Source: Planctomycetota bacterium (GTDB lineage: Bacteria > Planctomycetota > SZUA-567 > H5-PLA8). Taken from it: a DNA stretch of 64,000 bases. How positions within the stretch are numbered: the first letter of the stretch is position 1; each line of letters begins with the position of its first letter. The DNA lies in NCBI GenBank assembly GCA_038227875.1, contig JBBRPR010000020.1, forward strand, positions 1-64,000. The letters run 5' to 3'. Under the pieces are notes generated by a model. The model saw nothing but the letters and a program-made list of their open reading frames with translations. It was not told the origin of the DNA and did not search any database. The position numbers and the translations under genes were made by a program. Shown here piece after piece: positions 27,442-37,692 of the stretch.

Positions 27442-29364
27442 GTGCCAACGATGATTCTGAACAGTTGTAATCAGCCCCGCGGCAGCGCGCTGTTTTTCGG
27501 ACTCGTGATCGTGGCGATGATGGCGGCGCTGACGCTCAGCTACACCAGCGGCATCGCGACCAATGCGACGCGCGAAGAGAACGATATGGCTGGCGACCGC
27601 GCGCTGCAATTGGCGCAGGGCTATGCCGAGCAGAAAGTGCAGCAGGCGTGGAGCAGCTACTGGCTTGTGCGCACGGATTTGCGCGTGGCGGCGGCGTACG
27701 CGAATCTGCAGTCAGACGCGGCATGGTCGACGTTTGGCGAGGGGCGGGTGAAGTGCGTGGAGTCGGCGCCGGATTATGTGCCCGGCGCGGATCACATCGA
27801 CATTCATTTCACGGTGATGGCGCTGGTGCGGAGCAACATGGGCCTCACCGCAACTGGGCCGCGGACGGCCTCGCGGCAGATGGAACGCGTAGTCCGCTTC
27901 GGGCTGGGGCAGTCGCCGGTTTTCGACTACGTCTATTTTGCGAACAACTTCGGCTGGATGTACGGCTCCTCGCTGTACCTCTATGGAAACATGGGTGCGA
28001 ACGGGAATTTGAATTTCTTGGGAAATCCGAAAGTGGATGGAAATCTCTTCGCCGCGCGCAATCCGCTGATTGGTGCCGACGGCGTGGTGATGGGAACGGC
28101 GCTGCACGATAGCGTGGCGCAGTACCAGAACATCGCGTCGCACAACGCCCTGATGTCGCCGACTAGTCCCGCGGCGCCCGGTGTGCCGTTCGCCGCGGGC
28201 TACGGCGGCACGCAGACGGCGCTGACCAATCAGAAACCGATCGACATGCCGTACCTCGGCGATCTGGCGATGTACACGACGCTGGCACAGACCACGCAGA
28301 TCGCGCCTCGTCCGGAGCTTGGCGAACCGCTCGGCCGGACCGGCGGCGTGATCAAGCAGCTCAAAGCGCCGGGCCTGGACCCGACGGTTCCGGATAATTA
28401 CACCGTGATTGTGAATCAAACGTACGGCTTCAACGGGCAGAACGGGGCTTACGCTCAGCCCACGAAGGATGGGCAGGGCAATATCGTCAGCGTGACGATG
28501 AAGAATTTCGCCACGGCGCTGGACGTCAACGCGCCGCAGAACAACGGGAACCTCGCGCTGATCGGCACGCCGCAGCAGCCGCTGGTGATTCTCGGGCCGG
28601 TGGTGATCTCCAATGATCTCGTAATCCGCGGTACGGTGACCGGGCAGGGAACGTTTTACACCGGACGGAACGTGCATGTCGTCGGCGACGTTACCTACGC
28701 CAATCCGCCGCAGTGGGCACAGAACGACGTGAACGTCAACACGACATCGACCACGAACAAGTCGAAAGATGGCGTCGGCTTCGGTGCGAAGGGCAACATT
28801 GTGCTCGGCGATTACACCCAGGCGACACTCTCCGGCGGCACGGGCAGCGACTATTGGGATTACGCGCTGATGTACATCTCGCCAGGCTTCACCAATCCAT
28901 ATCCCGTCGACTCGACCGATGCGAATCTGGGCTACGCATCATATCAGCAGAACGGCCAACCGTGGTTCAACGGCGATTACACGGCCAAGGATGGCGGGAT
29001 GAAATTCGACGCGAATCAGAACAGCACGGCCAACCGGCGCTTTTACGAATCGAGTTTTTCGACGGCGTACATCGCCTCGATCGCGAGCAAGCCGGGTAAC
29101 GTGCAGGGCATTTACTACTGCAATCACTACTACGGCGGACGCGTGAACAACTACGCGCTCTACGGCGCGAACATCATGCGCGACGAGGCGATCGTCACGG
29201 ACAACCAGGCGAATTTTTATTACGACCCACGCATCTCCAACGGCGCGCTCAACGCATACATCAATCTCTTTCTGCCGCGGAGTTCGACGTACCAGACACT
29301 GCTGGTGCATGAGATTACGGGCACGGTGTTGCCGCAATTCGCGGATGCGCCAGTAGATCAATAG
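27442..29364 (+). CDS. PilX/PulK-like pilus-tip protein with large beta-rich C-terminal region
   Basis: RG/SALFFGLVIV (no Glu5, as in PilX), ALQLAQG motif, Asn/Gly/Thr-rich beta region, YYDPR near the C-terminus. Confidence 0.8.
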   Translation: MPTMILNSCNQPRGSALFFGLVIVAMMAALTLSYTSGIATNATREENDMAGDRALQLAQGYAEQKVQQAWSSYWLVRTDLRVAAAYANLQSDAAWSTFGEGRVKCVESAPDYVPGADHIDIHFTVMALVRSNMGLTATGPRTASRQMERVVRFGLGQSPVFDYVYFANNFGWMYGSSLYLYGNMGANGNLNFLGNPKVDGNLFAARNPLIGADGVVMGTALHDSVAQYQNIASHNALMSPTSPAAPGVPFAAGYGGTQTALTNQKPIDMPYLGDLAMYTTLAQTTQIAPRPELGEPLGRTGGVIKQLKAPGLDPTVPDNYTVIVNQTYGFNGQNGAYAQPTKDGQGNIVSVTMKNFATALDVNAPQNNGNLALIGTPQQPLVILGPVVISNDLVIRGTVTGQGTFYTGRNVHVVGDVTYANPPQWAQNDVNVNTTSTTNKSKDGVGFGAKGNIVLGDYTQATLSGGTGSDYWDYALMYISPGFTNPYPVDSTDANLGYASYQQNGQPWFNGDYTAKDGGMKFDANQNSTANRRFYESSFSTAYIASIASKPGNVQGIYYCNHYYGGRVNNYALYGANIMRDEAIVTDNQANFYYDPRISNGALNAYINLFLPRSSTYQTLLVHEITGTVLPQFADAPVDQ

Positions 29365-29431
29365 GCCTCCGACGGCTGTTGCGCAGAAGAATAGCGAAAC
29401 GTTTACCAGGTGAAGAGGAAGGTCTTGCGAG

Positions 29432-29824
29432 GTGCGTATGCGAAACGTGATGTTTGTATGGGTGTTGCTGACGTGTTCGCAGGCCTGGGCGTTGACAGTG
29501 ACGCCGGAATCGGGCCAGGCACGGATTGAAAAGCCTGCGGATGTCGGATTGCGTGATCGCTCTGCGCCGGATGCTGATTCGGTGAAGATGACGGCGGGGA
29601 CGGAGTCGGATGCGCGCGGGGCGGAGATTCTGGCGATGCGGGCGGATGCGCGCGTGGCGGACGATGTTGCGGCTTCGGCGACGACAGGAAATATCGCGGT
29701 GGATTATTCCCAGCACGGAGTGCCGGTTGTGTTTGGCATGACGCTGTTGGTACTCGTGGGACTGGGCGTGTTTGTGCTCGGTTTGCTCTCGCGGAAATTT
29801 AATCGTGAGCGGACTCGGCGCTGA
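29432..29824 (+). CDS. Small exported protein with C-terminal TM anchor and basic tail
   Basis: Signal peptide ending ...SQAWA; C-terminus GVPVVFGMTLLVLVGLGVFVLGLLSRKFNRERTRR. Confidence 0.65.
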   Translation: MRMRNVMFVWVLLTCSQAWALTVTPESGQARIEKPADVGLRDRSAPDADSVKMTAGTESDARGAEILAMRADARVADDVAASATTGNIAVDYSQHGVPVVFGMTLLVLVGLGVFVLGLLSRKFNRERTRR

Positions 29825-29965
29825 CCCGCGTTCAAAATCTCATTTAAATTTCAGTTACCTTCTCTCGCGCGGCGCGGTTGGGGAATTGTCCGCGCTGGCG
29901 TGCTTTTCGTGTGCTCATGAGCGCGGGTCCGATTTCTTCGCGGAATTTCTGCGAGAAGAGGGACG

Positions 29966-31642
29966 ATGCGGCTTGCGAGCGTGGTGCTGATCGCGTCGGT
30001 CCTGGCAGTTCCGGCTTGCGCGTCGGACGTATGGGTGTTCTTGAAAGACGGGCGGGTGGGGTGGGGCGATCCGTCTAGCGACCCGATGGTGTTGACGTTC
30101 GATGACAAATCCACGGCGACGGTGCCGAAGAGTTCGATCTCGTTTCAGCGCACGCGCGAAGAAGTGGACTACGGCGTCGCGGCGATCGCTTCCGATTTCA
30201 TGCACGGCCGGAAATTCACAGAAGGGCAGAAGCAGCTCGGCATTCTTGGCGCGTCGGCGGTGCCGCAGTTACTGGAGTGCCTGAAATCCACCGATCTGGT
30301 AATGCGCGCGGCCGGGGTTTTTGGGCTGCAGTTCTGCTGGGCCAGCGCGGCGGAAGAACCGGTGCTCAAATCGTTCGCTCAAGACAAGGAAACCCGGCTG
30401 GTCGCTCTGGAGGCGCTAACGCGGCATGTTTCTGAAGAGAAACTCGCGACCCATTTCAAAAATCTTGCCGACGACGAGAACCTAGAGATCGCGGCGCTGC
30501 TCTTCCCGATGGTGGACCGCTATTTTCCGGACGAGACGAACAAGCGGATCCTGCGGGTGCTGGGCGACGAGAAATACTGCGCGGACGCGCTGGTCCGGTT
30601 GTCGCATTATTTCTCACCCGAACTGTCGGAACATATGCTGAAGCTGGCAGCCGCGCCGGATCCCAAATTGCGCCGTGGCGGTGTAGTGGGATTGATCGCA
30701 GAACTTTCCGGCGACGACGCAGTTCGTTCGCGCGTGCTGGAGTTGCTGAAGGACGCAAATCCGGAGCTGCGCGAGATCGCCGCGGAATACGCGCTGTGGC
30801 TGGCGCAAGATGCGGATGTTCCGCTGCTCAAACAAGCCTGCGAGAGCGAGAAGGATTCGTACGTGCGCGCGGCTCTGAATGGAGCGTTGGCGCTTGTGGC
30901 AGCGCGCAGTCAGGGCAGCTCGGAGGCGAAGGCGGCACTGCTGAAGGAACTGCGCAGCGGTCAGGTCATCGAGCCGCTGTTCCTGTACCAGACTCATGAG
31001 TACGCCACGAAGCTCGATTATCTCAAGCGTGCGGGGAAGCTGCAGGAATTCATCGATTCACCAAGCAAGGGTACGCGCAGCAGTACGTTTGGTGATGCAG
31101 TGGAAATTCCTGTCGCCGCAGCGGCGGATTGGATGCCGCCGCTGCGCGACTATTTCGATCCGCGCCGGGCGAGTTACGGGACGAAGGTAAAAGGCGCGCT
31201 GAGCGTCTTCGCCGGAAGCGTACACATTGGCGACGATTGTTCGTGGGGCAACGAACTGCGGACGGTCGTCGCGGCGGCTCCGGGAGTGGTGCGTCTGGCG
31301 GGGCACATATTCAGTTGGGGACACATCGTGGTGATCGAACACAAGCTGTCCGACGGTAGCGCGGTCTGCTCGCTGTACGCGCATCTCTCGCCGGCACTAT
31401 CGGTCAAGCCCGGCGACATTGTGAAAGCCGGGCAGCGCATCGGCTGTATCGGGCGCAGCCACACCGTCGATAACGGCGGGTACTACGCGCATCTCCATTT
31501 TGGAATTCATCGCGGCGTGTACATGACGCCGGACGAACATTGGGTGTCGGGGTACGTCAACACGGCACGCTGGGATCACGGCGACCATACGTGGGTGGAT
31601 CCGCAGATTTTTTTGAAGGGCATGATGGAAAGTAAAAATTAA
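29966..31642 (+). CDS. HEAT-repeat protein fused to an M23 peptidase
   Basis: Signal peptide; HEAT repeats (LLKDANPELREIAA); M23 motifs HIGDD, SLYAHL, AHLHF. Confidence 0.88.
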   Translation: MRLASVVLIASVLAVPACASDVWVFLKDGRVGWGDPSSDPMVLTFDDKSTATVPKSSISFQRTREEVDYGVAAIASDFMHGRKFTEGQKQLGILGASAVPQLLECLKSTDLVMRAAGVFGLQFCWASAAEEPVLKSFAQDKETRLVALEALTRHVSEEKLATHFKNLADDENLEIAALLFPMVDRYFPDETNKRILRVLGDEKYCADALVRLSHYFSPELSEHMLKLAAAPDPKLRRGGVVGLIAELSGDDAVRSRVLELLKDANPELREIAAEYALWLAQDADVPLLKQACESEKDSYVRAALNGALALVAARSQGSSEAKAALLKELRSGQVIEPLFLYQTHEYATKLDYLKRAGKLQEFIDSPSKGTRSSTFGDAVEIPVAAAADWMPPLRDYFDPRRASYGTKVKGALSVFAGSVHIGDDCSWGNELRTVVAAAPGVVRLAGHIFSWGHIVVIEHKLSDGSAVCSLYAHLSPALSVKPGDIVKAGQRIGCIGRSHTVDNGGYYAHLHFGIHRGVYMTPDEHWVSGYVNTARWDHGDHTWVDPQIFLKGMMESKN

Positions 31643-31684
31643 GTTGAGTGGACAATTTCCGTCCACTCATCCGTACGGCATGGT

Positions 31685-32047
31685 TTACATGGAATGCAGC
31701 GCGACGCGGTTGCCTTCGCAATCGAGCACCACCGCGCGGAAACCGTGCGGCCCGATCGCGTGCTTCGGCTGCAGAATTTTGCCGCCGAATTCTGTGACTG
31801 CAGCGATGGCCTGATCGAGCCGTCCTTGCGCATTCAAGTAGACGAGCGGGCCACTGGCGCCGGGCTTGTCGTGTTCCGATTTCACGAGACAACCGCCGAC
31901 ATCGTTGCCCGCGTGGTGGAAGACACCGAGTTCGCCGCCCGGAAACTTTTCGTGCTTCACGGCTGTGCCGAGCACGGCGGAATAGAATTTGATGGAGCGC
32001 TCGAGATCCAGAACGGGGATGTCGAGCCAGACGACACTGTTGGCCAT
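31685..32047 (-). CDS. VOC / glyoxalase family protein
   Basis: VVWLDIPVLDLERSIKFYS...DCEGNRVAL; AAGGAG SD before ATG 32047. Confidence 0.92.
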   Translation of the reverse strand: MANSVVWLDIPVLDLERSIKFYSAVLGTAVKHEKFPGGELGVFHHAGNDVGGCLVKSEHDKPGASGPLVYLNAQGRLDQAIAAVTEFGGKILQPKHAIGPHGFRAVVLDCEGNRVALHSM

Positions 32048-32203
32048 GATCTTCTCCTTAAATGCAGGTTGTTTCAAATGCTACGGTCGCCCAAGTCGGA
32101 GCTCAACTGCATCTTGCAGCTCCGACCGCACTACTAAGATGGAACAAATCGAGTAGAAATGGACATATAATATTCAGGTGGAGCATTTCAGGGAGAACCG
32201 ATC

Positions 32204-33394
32204 ATGGCAGCGAACACGGACGTCGTTATCCTCTCGGCAGCGCGAACTCCGGTGGGGAAATTTCTGGGCGGGTTGTCGGGGCTGAGTGCCGCAGAGTTGG
32301 GTGGCATCGCTTTTAAAAATGCTTTGGAACGCGCGGGGATTTCCGGCGCGGATGTCAACGAAGTCATCATGGGCAACGTCGTTAGCGCGGGCGTGGGCAT
32401 GGCCCCGGCGCGCAATGCGGCGCTGAAGGCGGGTCTGCCGGATTCGATGCCGTGTTTCACGATCAACAAGGTGTGCGGCTCGGGTTTGAAGGCGGTAATG
32501 CTCGGCGCCCAGGCGATCAAGGCCGGCGACGCGGCGGTGATTCTCGCCGGCGGCAGCGAGAGCATGTCGAATGCGCCGTATCTCTTGCGACGCGCGCGCA
32601 CCGGGTACACCTACGGCCACGCCAAGATGGAAGACAGCCTGCTGACCGATGGCCTCGAGTGCTGCAAAGAAGGCTGGCCGATGGGCAACGCGGCGGAGTT
32701 TATCGCGCAGAAATTCTCGATCTCGCGAGAGGCGGCCGACCAGTTCGCGTTTGAGAGCCACAAGAAGGCGGTAACAGCGGCGGAAGCTGGGAAGTTTAAG
32801 GCCGAGATCGTGCCGATCGAGATCGCTCAGAAAAAGGGTCCGCCCACGGTGATCGTCAAGGACGAAGGTCCGCGCGCCGATACGACGCTGGAGAAACTGG
32901 CGACGTTGAAACCGGCGTTCGATCCCAAGGGCGTTGTTACGGCAGGGAATTCCAGCACGCTGAACGATGGCGCGGCGGCGGTGGTCGTGGCCAGCGCCTC
33001 GTGGGCGGCGGAGAAGGGGCTCAAACCGCTCGCGCGGATCCGCGCGTATGCGACCAGCGGCGTGGCGCCGAAGGAAATTTTTCACGCGCCGTCCCTGGCG
33101 GTGCCTGCGGCGGTGCAGCGGGCGGGTCTGGAACTTAAGGATATCGGCCTGTTCGAGCTGAACGAAGCATTCGCGACGCAAGCGGTGGCGAACATTAATT
33201 TCATGAAACTGGACGCCAAACGCGTCAACGTTCACGGCGGCGCGGTGGCGCTGGGACATCCGCTGGGCGCCAGCGGCGCGCGGTGCCTGACGACACTGCT
33301 CTACGCGATGCGCGACCGCAACGAACGGTTCGGCGTGGCCGCGCTGTGCATTGGCGGTGGCAACGCGGTGGCGACGGTGGTGGAGTTGATGTGA
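32204..33394 (+). CDS. atoB: Acetyl-CoA C-acetyltransferase (thiolase)
   Basis: NKVCGSG, NEAFA, GHPLGASG, CIGGG motifs. Confidence 0.96.
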   Translation: MAANTDVVILSAARTPVGKFLGGLSGLSAAELGGIAFKNALERAGISGADVNEVIMGNVVSAGVGMAPARNAALKAGLPDSMPCFTINKVCGSGLKAVMLGAQAIKAGDAAVILAGGSESMSNAPYLLRRARTGYTYGHAKMEDSLLTDGLECCKEGWPMGNAAEFIAQKFSISREAADQFAFESHKKAVTAAEAGKFKAEIVPIEIAQKKGPPTVIVKDEGPRADTTLEKLATLKPAFDPKGVVTAGNSSTLNDGAAAVVVASASWAAEKGLKPLARIRAYATSGVAPKEIFHAPSLAVPAAVQRAGLELKDIGLFELNEAFATQAVANINFMKLDAKRVNVHGGAVALGHPLGASGARCLTTLLYAMRDRNERFGVAALCIGGGNAVATVVELM

Positions 33395-33407
33395 CCGGGG
33401 CCGCGTC

Positions 33408-33884
33408 GTGTCCAGAATTCAGACCGAAATGGCGCTGACAGTTCTTTTTGGTGGAACAGAAGTTCCGGGCGTCAGCGTTTACGGATATTGGCCCTATGAA
33501 AATGCAATATTCCCGGCGTTCCCAAGCCGGATTTGGACAGTTCCCACTCGAGTGAAGAATTCCACGCTGAGGCCCCTCGATGGTTCAGCATGGAGTATTC
33601 TGGTTTGGGATATTCATATCGTTGAGTGGCCGGATGCAGGCGAGTGGACTTCATTGATTAAGCAGACACTTCAGGTCTTCACGCACCATGGCGCTAAAGT
33701 TGCCTGGTGTGGACTTGAAGGGTTGGTTGCCGATCCACCATTTTTATTTGATCCGATTCACATGAGTGGTGGCGTATGGGCCTGTCTAACTTCGGATGAC
33801 GAGTTCTTATGCAGAGGTCATCTTGGACAAGAATTTAATGTCATGTCAGACTTCGATATGGCAGTGCTAAAGACAAAAATTTAA
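33408..33884 (+). CDS. Hypothetical protein (lower GC)
   Basis: 158-aa ORF that fills the gap between convergent neighbours; Trp-rich. Confidence 0.6.
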   Translation: MSRIQTEMALTVLFGGTEVPGVSVYGYWPYENAIFPAFPSRIWTVPTRVKNSTLRPLDGSAWSILVWDIHIVEWPDAGEWTSLIKQTLQVFTHHGAKVAWCGLEGLVADPPFLFDPIHMSGGVWACLTSDDEFLCRGHLGQEFNVMSDFDMAVLKTKI

Positions 33885-33885
33885 A

Positions 33886-36048
33886 CTATGGCAGCGTTTC
33901 GATGATGATCGTGATGGTGACCTGATCGCCAGCTGCCAGGCTGTTTGCATTCTGTTTGTCGGACTGTTTGTTGGCTGCGGACTTGTCTAGTTCCTTGGTT
34001 TCGTCAATGTCAGGCACTGAATTGGGCGCGGCAAATCCATCTTCAGTAGTGCCATTTCCAGCGCCACCGTTGCTACTACCTCGGGTTGCGCCGGGGCTTT
34101 CTTCCTTGCCAAATTTACCCTCGTTTCTGAACCGTCCGTCGGGGCGCAGCTTGGATTCCATGGCGCTGATTCTCGCGAGCAGCGCCTGACTCTGGCGGTC
34201 ACTGACGGAGAGGGTGAAGGTGAATGACCGCGCTTGTTCCCCGGCCGCGTCATCCAGAGCTGGCTGAGCGGCGAGTTGCTCATTGGAATTCGCTTCGTCC
34301 GCGGTTGTTGCGCGAGTAATCGTCGTGTCGTCGCTGGACTTTTTCGCGACCGCGGACTTGGCAGCTGACTGCGACCGGACAGGAGCCTTGGTACCGTTCT
34401 GTGAGTCCTTTGAAGTCTGCGCGGAATCGGCGGGCGCAGCCAGTCTGCCTCCGACCATTTTACCGCCGGATTGAGCGGCCAGTTTCTGAAGTTGATCGAC
34501 CAGGCCAGCGACTTCTTCCTTACGGCAGACGATTTTCCGGACCGTACCTGCACCGACTTTGGCACGGATTTGCAGCTTATCATCATCGCGCTCGTCACGA
34601 GCCATGCCTGAGGCGGCGGGTTTATCCTGCGCGCTTTCGCCGTCCTTGATCCGATCGCGTTTCGATTCCTCCCGCAACGGTTCGTTATTCAGGCCTGACT
34701 CTCTGGGCTGAGTTTTGGCCGGCGGCGCGGCAGGAGCCGCTCCCGGACCGTTATGTGGCGCCGGAGTTTGTGTTGGCCCAGTCGTTTCCGGATCACGCGG
34801 TGCGGCCGGGACGGCGGTTGCAGGTGCTCCAGAAGCAGCTCCCGCGGGTGGGAGTGTTGCGGCGCGGACTGCAGGCTTGGAGTCCGCGAATTTTGAATCC
34901 ATGTCGGCGGCCTTCGATTTGGCCAAGTCGCTTTTTTGCGCCTGACCGCCGCCCAATTTTTCCCCCGAGGCTGGCATCCGATCGTTACGCTCGGCACCGG
35001 CTCCGCTGCCAAGACCGCCACCCTTGCCCGGGTCAACCTGAGTTTTTGTCAACGGTTCTTCGTTCTGACTGACGGCTCCGACAGTCTTTTCCTCCGATTT
35101 CTCGTTCTCCGCTTTTTTGCTTTCTGTAACTTCCTCACCGCCGTCCGCCAAAGGTCGGGAAACTCTGGGTGCGAGGTCTTGCTCGAGATGCTGACCCGGT
35201 GGCGTCGAATTTTTGTCGTTGCGCTGTTCCTGGAGATGATCGACTCTTCGCTTCTCATCCAGCAGCATTTTGGCATGAGCCAGTGAATCCGCAGGATCGA
35301 ATTTGCGGTCCTTGACGGCATCGACCTCAACTGCATTGGATGCTTCGTTGCGATCACCTTTGGGAGCCGCGACTTGATCTCGGAAGATCGGCTTGGCTTG
35401 TTCCAACTTTTTAACGGCACCTTCCGGAGTAGTCGGGGCGGCCGGAAGCGCAGGCTTCCTCGCAGCCGAATCCGGCACCACAGGCGCTACAGGTGCGGGC
35501 GAGGGAGATGGGGAGTTGGCTTCCAGTTTCCTCGACGGCAAGTCAGCTTGTGGAGCGTTGGTGGAACCCTGCGGCGCTTCTGCTTCCTTGGCGGCTTCCA
35601 AGGTTGGGGGCCGAGATTTCGCGGGAGCCGCGGGCTGCGTTGCTACGCGCGACTCTTCGGTCATAGCGGTCTTGGAGTGATCGTGCGAGGCCAGCATGGG
35701 CAGTAGTTGAAAGATCAGAACTCCGGCCATCAGCATCGCTGCGATGCCCATCAGGGCGGGGCGCCAGCTCTGTGTCGCGCGCTTGGGTTCGAAGGAAACA
35801 ACCTGCGGAATCGCGGGGCGGCTTTCCTGCTTCGATGTTTCCTGGCGGATGGCAGCGGCAAGCGTGGCCGGGGCTTTGAGCTTGGGCAGGCTGGCGAGGG
35901 CACCCTGCGCTTGCGACAGTTCGTCAAGCAGCGCGCGGCAGGCGGGGCAGTCGCGGACGTGAGCCTCGATGGCGGCGCGTTCGGACGGCGGAGCCTCGCC
36001 GTCGAGATACGCGCTCAATTCAATTTGGATGTCTTCACAGTTTTGCAT
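33886..36048 (-). CDS. ZAS (zf-HC2) anti-sigma factor with long disordered extracytoplasmic region
   Basis: LSAYLDGE...HVRDCPAC, single TM helix, directly downstream of an ECF sigma gene. Confidence 0.88.
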   Translation of the reverse strand: MQNCEDIQIELSAYLDGEAPPSERAAIEAHVRDCPACRALLDELSQAQGALASLPKLKAPATLAAAIRQETSKQESRPAIPQVVSFEPKRATQSWRPALMGIAAMLMAGVLIFQLLPMLASHDHSKTAMTEESRVATQPAAPAKSRPPTLEAAKEAEAPQGSTNAPQADLPSRKLEANSPSPSPAPVAPVVPDSAARKPALPAAPTTPEGAVKKLEQAKPIFRDQVAAPKGDRNEASNAVEVDAVKDRKFDPADSLAHAKMLLDEKRRVDHLQEQRNDKNSTPPGQHLEQDLAPRVSRPLADGGEEVTESKKAENEKSEEKTVGAVSQNEEPLTKTQVDPGKGGGLGSGAGAERNDRMPASGEKLGGGQAQKSDLAKSKAADMDSKFADSKPAVRAATLPPAGAASGAPATAVPAAPRDPETTGPTQTPAPHNGPGAAPAAPPAKTQPRESGLNNEPLREESKRDRIKDGESAQDKPAASGMARDERDDDKLQIRAKVGAGTVRKIVCRKEEVAGLVDQLQKLAAQSGGKMVGGRLAAPADSAQTSKDSQNGTKAPVRSQSAAKSAVAKKSSDDTTITRATTADEANSNEQLAAQPALDDAAGEQARSFTFTLSVSDRQSQALLARISAMESKLRPDGRFRNEGKFGKEESPGATRGSSNGGAGNGTTEDGFAAPNSVPDIDETKELDKSAANKQSDKQNANSLAAGDQVTITIIIETLP

Positions 36049-36077
36049 GCTGCCTGTCCCGAGGCCCGTCGAAGGGC

Positions 36078-36794
36078 CTACTTCCTCAGATCCTTTAAGA
36101 TCCGCGCCAGTTCCAACCGTGCCCGGTGCAACCGGGACTTCACGGCGGCTGTCGTAATATCTAGTGTTTCCGCGATGGTCTCGTAGTCCATGCCCTCAAT
36201 GTCCCGCAGCACCAGAATGGAGCGGTAATCTTCGTCGATCTCCTGCAGTCCTGCCCGAACGCGTGCCTTGAGCTGTTCCTGTTCCAGAATCTTCGCGGGG
36301 TCGGTGTCTTTACGATCGGGAATCACCGCGTCCAGGGAAAGATCGTCGTCGCCCGACTTGCCTGATCCAGCATCCAACCGCGCGCCTTCGTGCGCTTTGC
36401 GCCGGACTTCCTGTCTGCGCCGCGAAAAGCCGGTGTTGACGGCGATGCGGAAAAGCCACGTGTAGAATTTCGACCCTTGGCGGAACGACCCCAGTGCGCG
36501 GAAAGCTTTCAAAAACGTTTCCTGCGAAAGGTCTTCGGCCTCCTGAGTCGAACCACACATGCGCGCCAGAGTATTGAACACCCGGTCCTGGTAGCGCACG
36601 ACCAGTTCGTCAAACGCGTCGGAGTTCCCGGCCAGAACCTTTTCGACCAGGTCTTCGTCGCTGTTGCCCCGAGCTGCAGGATTGGCCACGATACCCGCTG
36701 CGGCCGGAAGTCGCTCCGCGCTGGGTGCCAGCCCTGTGGGCTTCACTTTGTTTGACTCACCGTGGGCCAAAGTCGATTCGCACTTTCTTACCAA
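36078..36794 (-). CDS. ECF RNA polymerase sigma factor (RpoE-like)
   Basis: AEDLSQETFLKA, FYTWLFRIAVN, VKSRLHRAR. Confidence 0.95.
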   Translation of the reverse strand: MVRKCESTLAHGESNKVKPTGLAPSAERLPAAAGIVANPAARGNSDEDLVEKVLAGNSDAFDELVVRYQDRVFNTLARMCGSTQEAEDLSQETFLKAFRALGSFRQGSKFYTWLFRIAVNTGFSRRRQEVRRKAHEGARLDAGSGKSGDDDLSLDAVIPDRKDTDPAKILEQEQLKARVRAGLQEIDEDYRSILVLRDIEGMDYETIAETLDITTAAVKSRLHRARLELARILKDLRK

Positions 36795-36949
36795 AAAATG
36801 AGGGTACGGAAAGTGGGGCTGCGCCGCCCCTTTCCATGTGCACTTGCGTGCCGAGCACAGGCGATCACTTCAAGTTTAACGGCTATCTGCGCTTCCGGGT
36901 AATCAAAAATTAGACGTGTAGATCGGAATGGGGCGGGGATACGAATAAA

Positions 36950-36975
36950 GAAGCGGACCCTTTTCGATCCGCTTC
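36950..36975 (-). terminator. Probable terminator of the HU/IHF gene
   Basis: GAAGCGGA...TCCGCTTC stem followed by a T-rich run on the minus strand. Confidence 0.5.
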
Positions 36976-37007
36976 CTACATATAAATGTGGTACAGCCCG
37001 CCAAACT

Positions 37008-37361
37008 TCAAGACACGACGGGCGTCGTCGACGTGGCAGGAGCGCCTTGTGTTGCGGGAGCTGCCGCAGCGGAGTCGGATGCTTTGGTGTTCTCGATCCG
37101 CTCTTCCATGATCTTGCCGGCTTTGAACGTCACCACCTGTTTGCTCGGCACCATAACTTCCGCACCTGTACGCGGGTTACGTGCTTTGCGGGCTTTGCGC
37201 GTGCGCACTTCGAACACGCCGAAATTGCGCAACTCGATGCGTTTCTCGCTGGTGAGGATCTCAACAATGCTGTCCAACGTCAGTTGCACGATTTGCTTGA
37301 CCTTCTGCTGCTCGACGTTGGTCTTCTTGGCGATCTCAATCACCATATCATTCTTTGTCAC
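37008..37361 (-). CDS. HU/IHF family DNA-binding protein
   Basis: GTG start after GGAGGAG; TKNDMV..IA, IELRNFGVF, ARNPRTG, VTFKAGK. Confidence 0.95.
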   Translation of the reverse strand: MTKNDMVIEIAKKTNVEQQKVKQIVQLTLDSIVEILTSEKRIELRNFGVFEVRTRKARKARNPRTGAEVMVPSKQVVTFKAGKIMEERIENTKASDSAAAAPATQGAPATSTTPVVS

Positions 37362-37692
37362 CGACCGCGCTCCTCCCCTGCGAACCCAAGAACGTGACGT
37401 CCATTTTACAAACCGAGTATGGATCGTCGCTTCAAAAAACGCCTGGCCGCCGTTCCTGATTAACGAAAACGACCGCACCTTCTACCGAACTAGGCTCTAA
37501 GTATCATGTTAGCGGATTCCTTGTCTATCACCGCCCTTGAGCGTGTCAAGGGAGAACCGCGAGGCGACGCACAAAGCTTGTAAAAACCGACAAAATCAGT
37601 TCGGCACGGATCGTCCTGCGATAAACCCTTTGCAGATGCCACAAAGCGTTTGTGCAGGAAGTTTCATAGCCGCCTTGATCAACGTGACCGAA

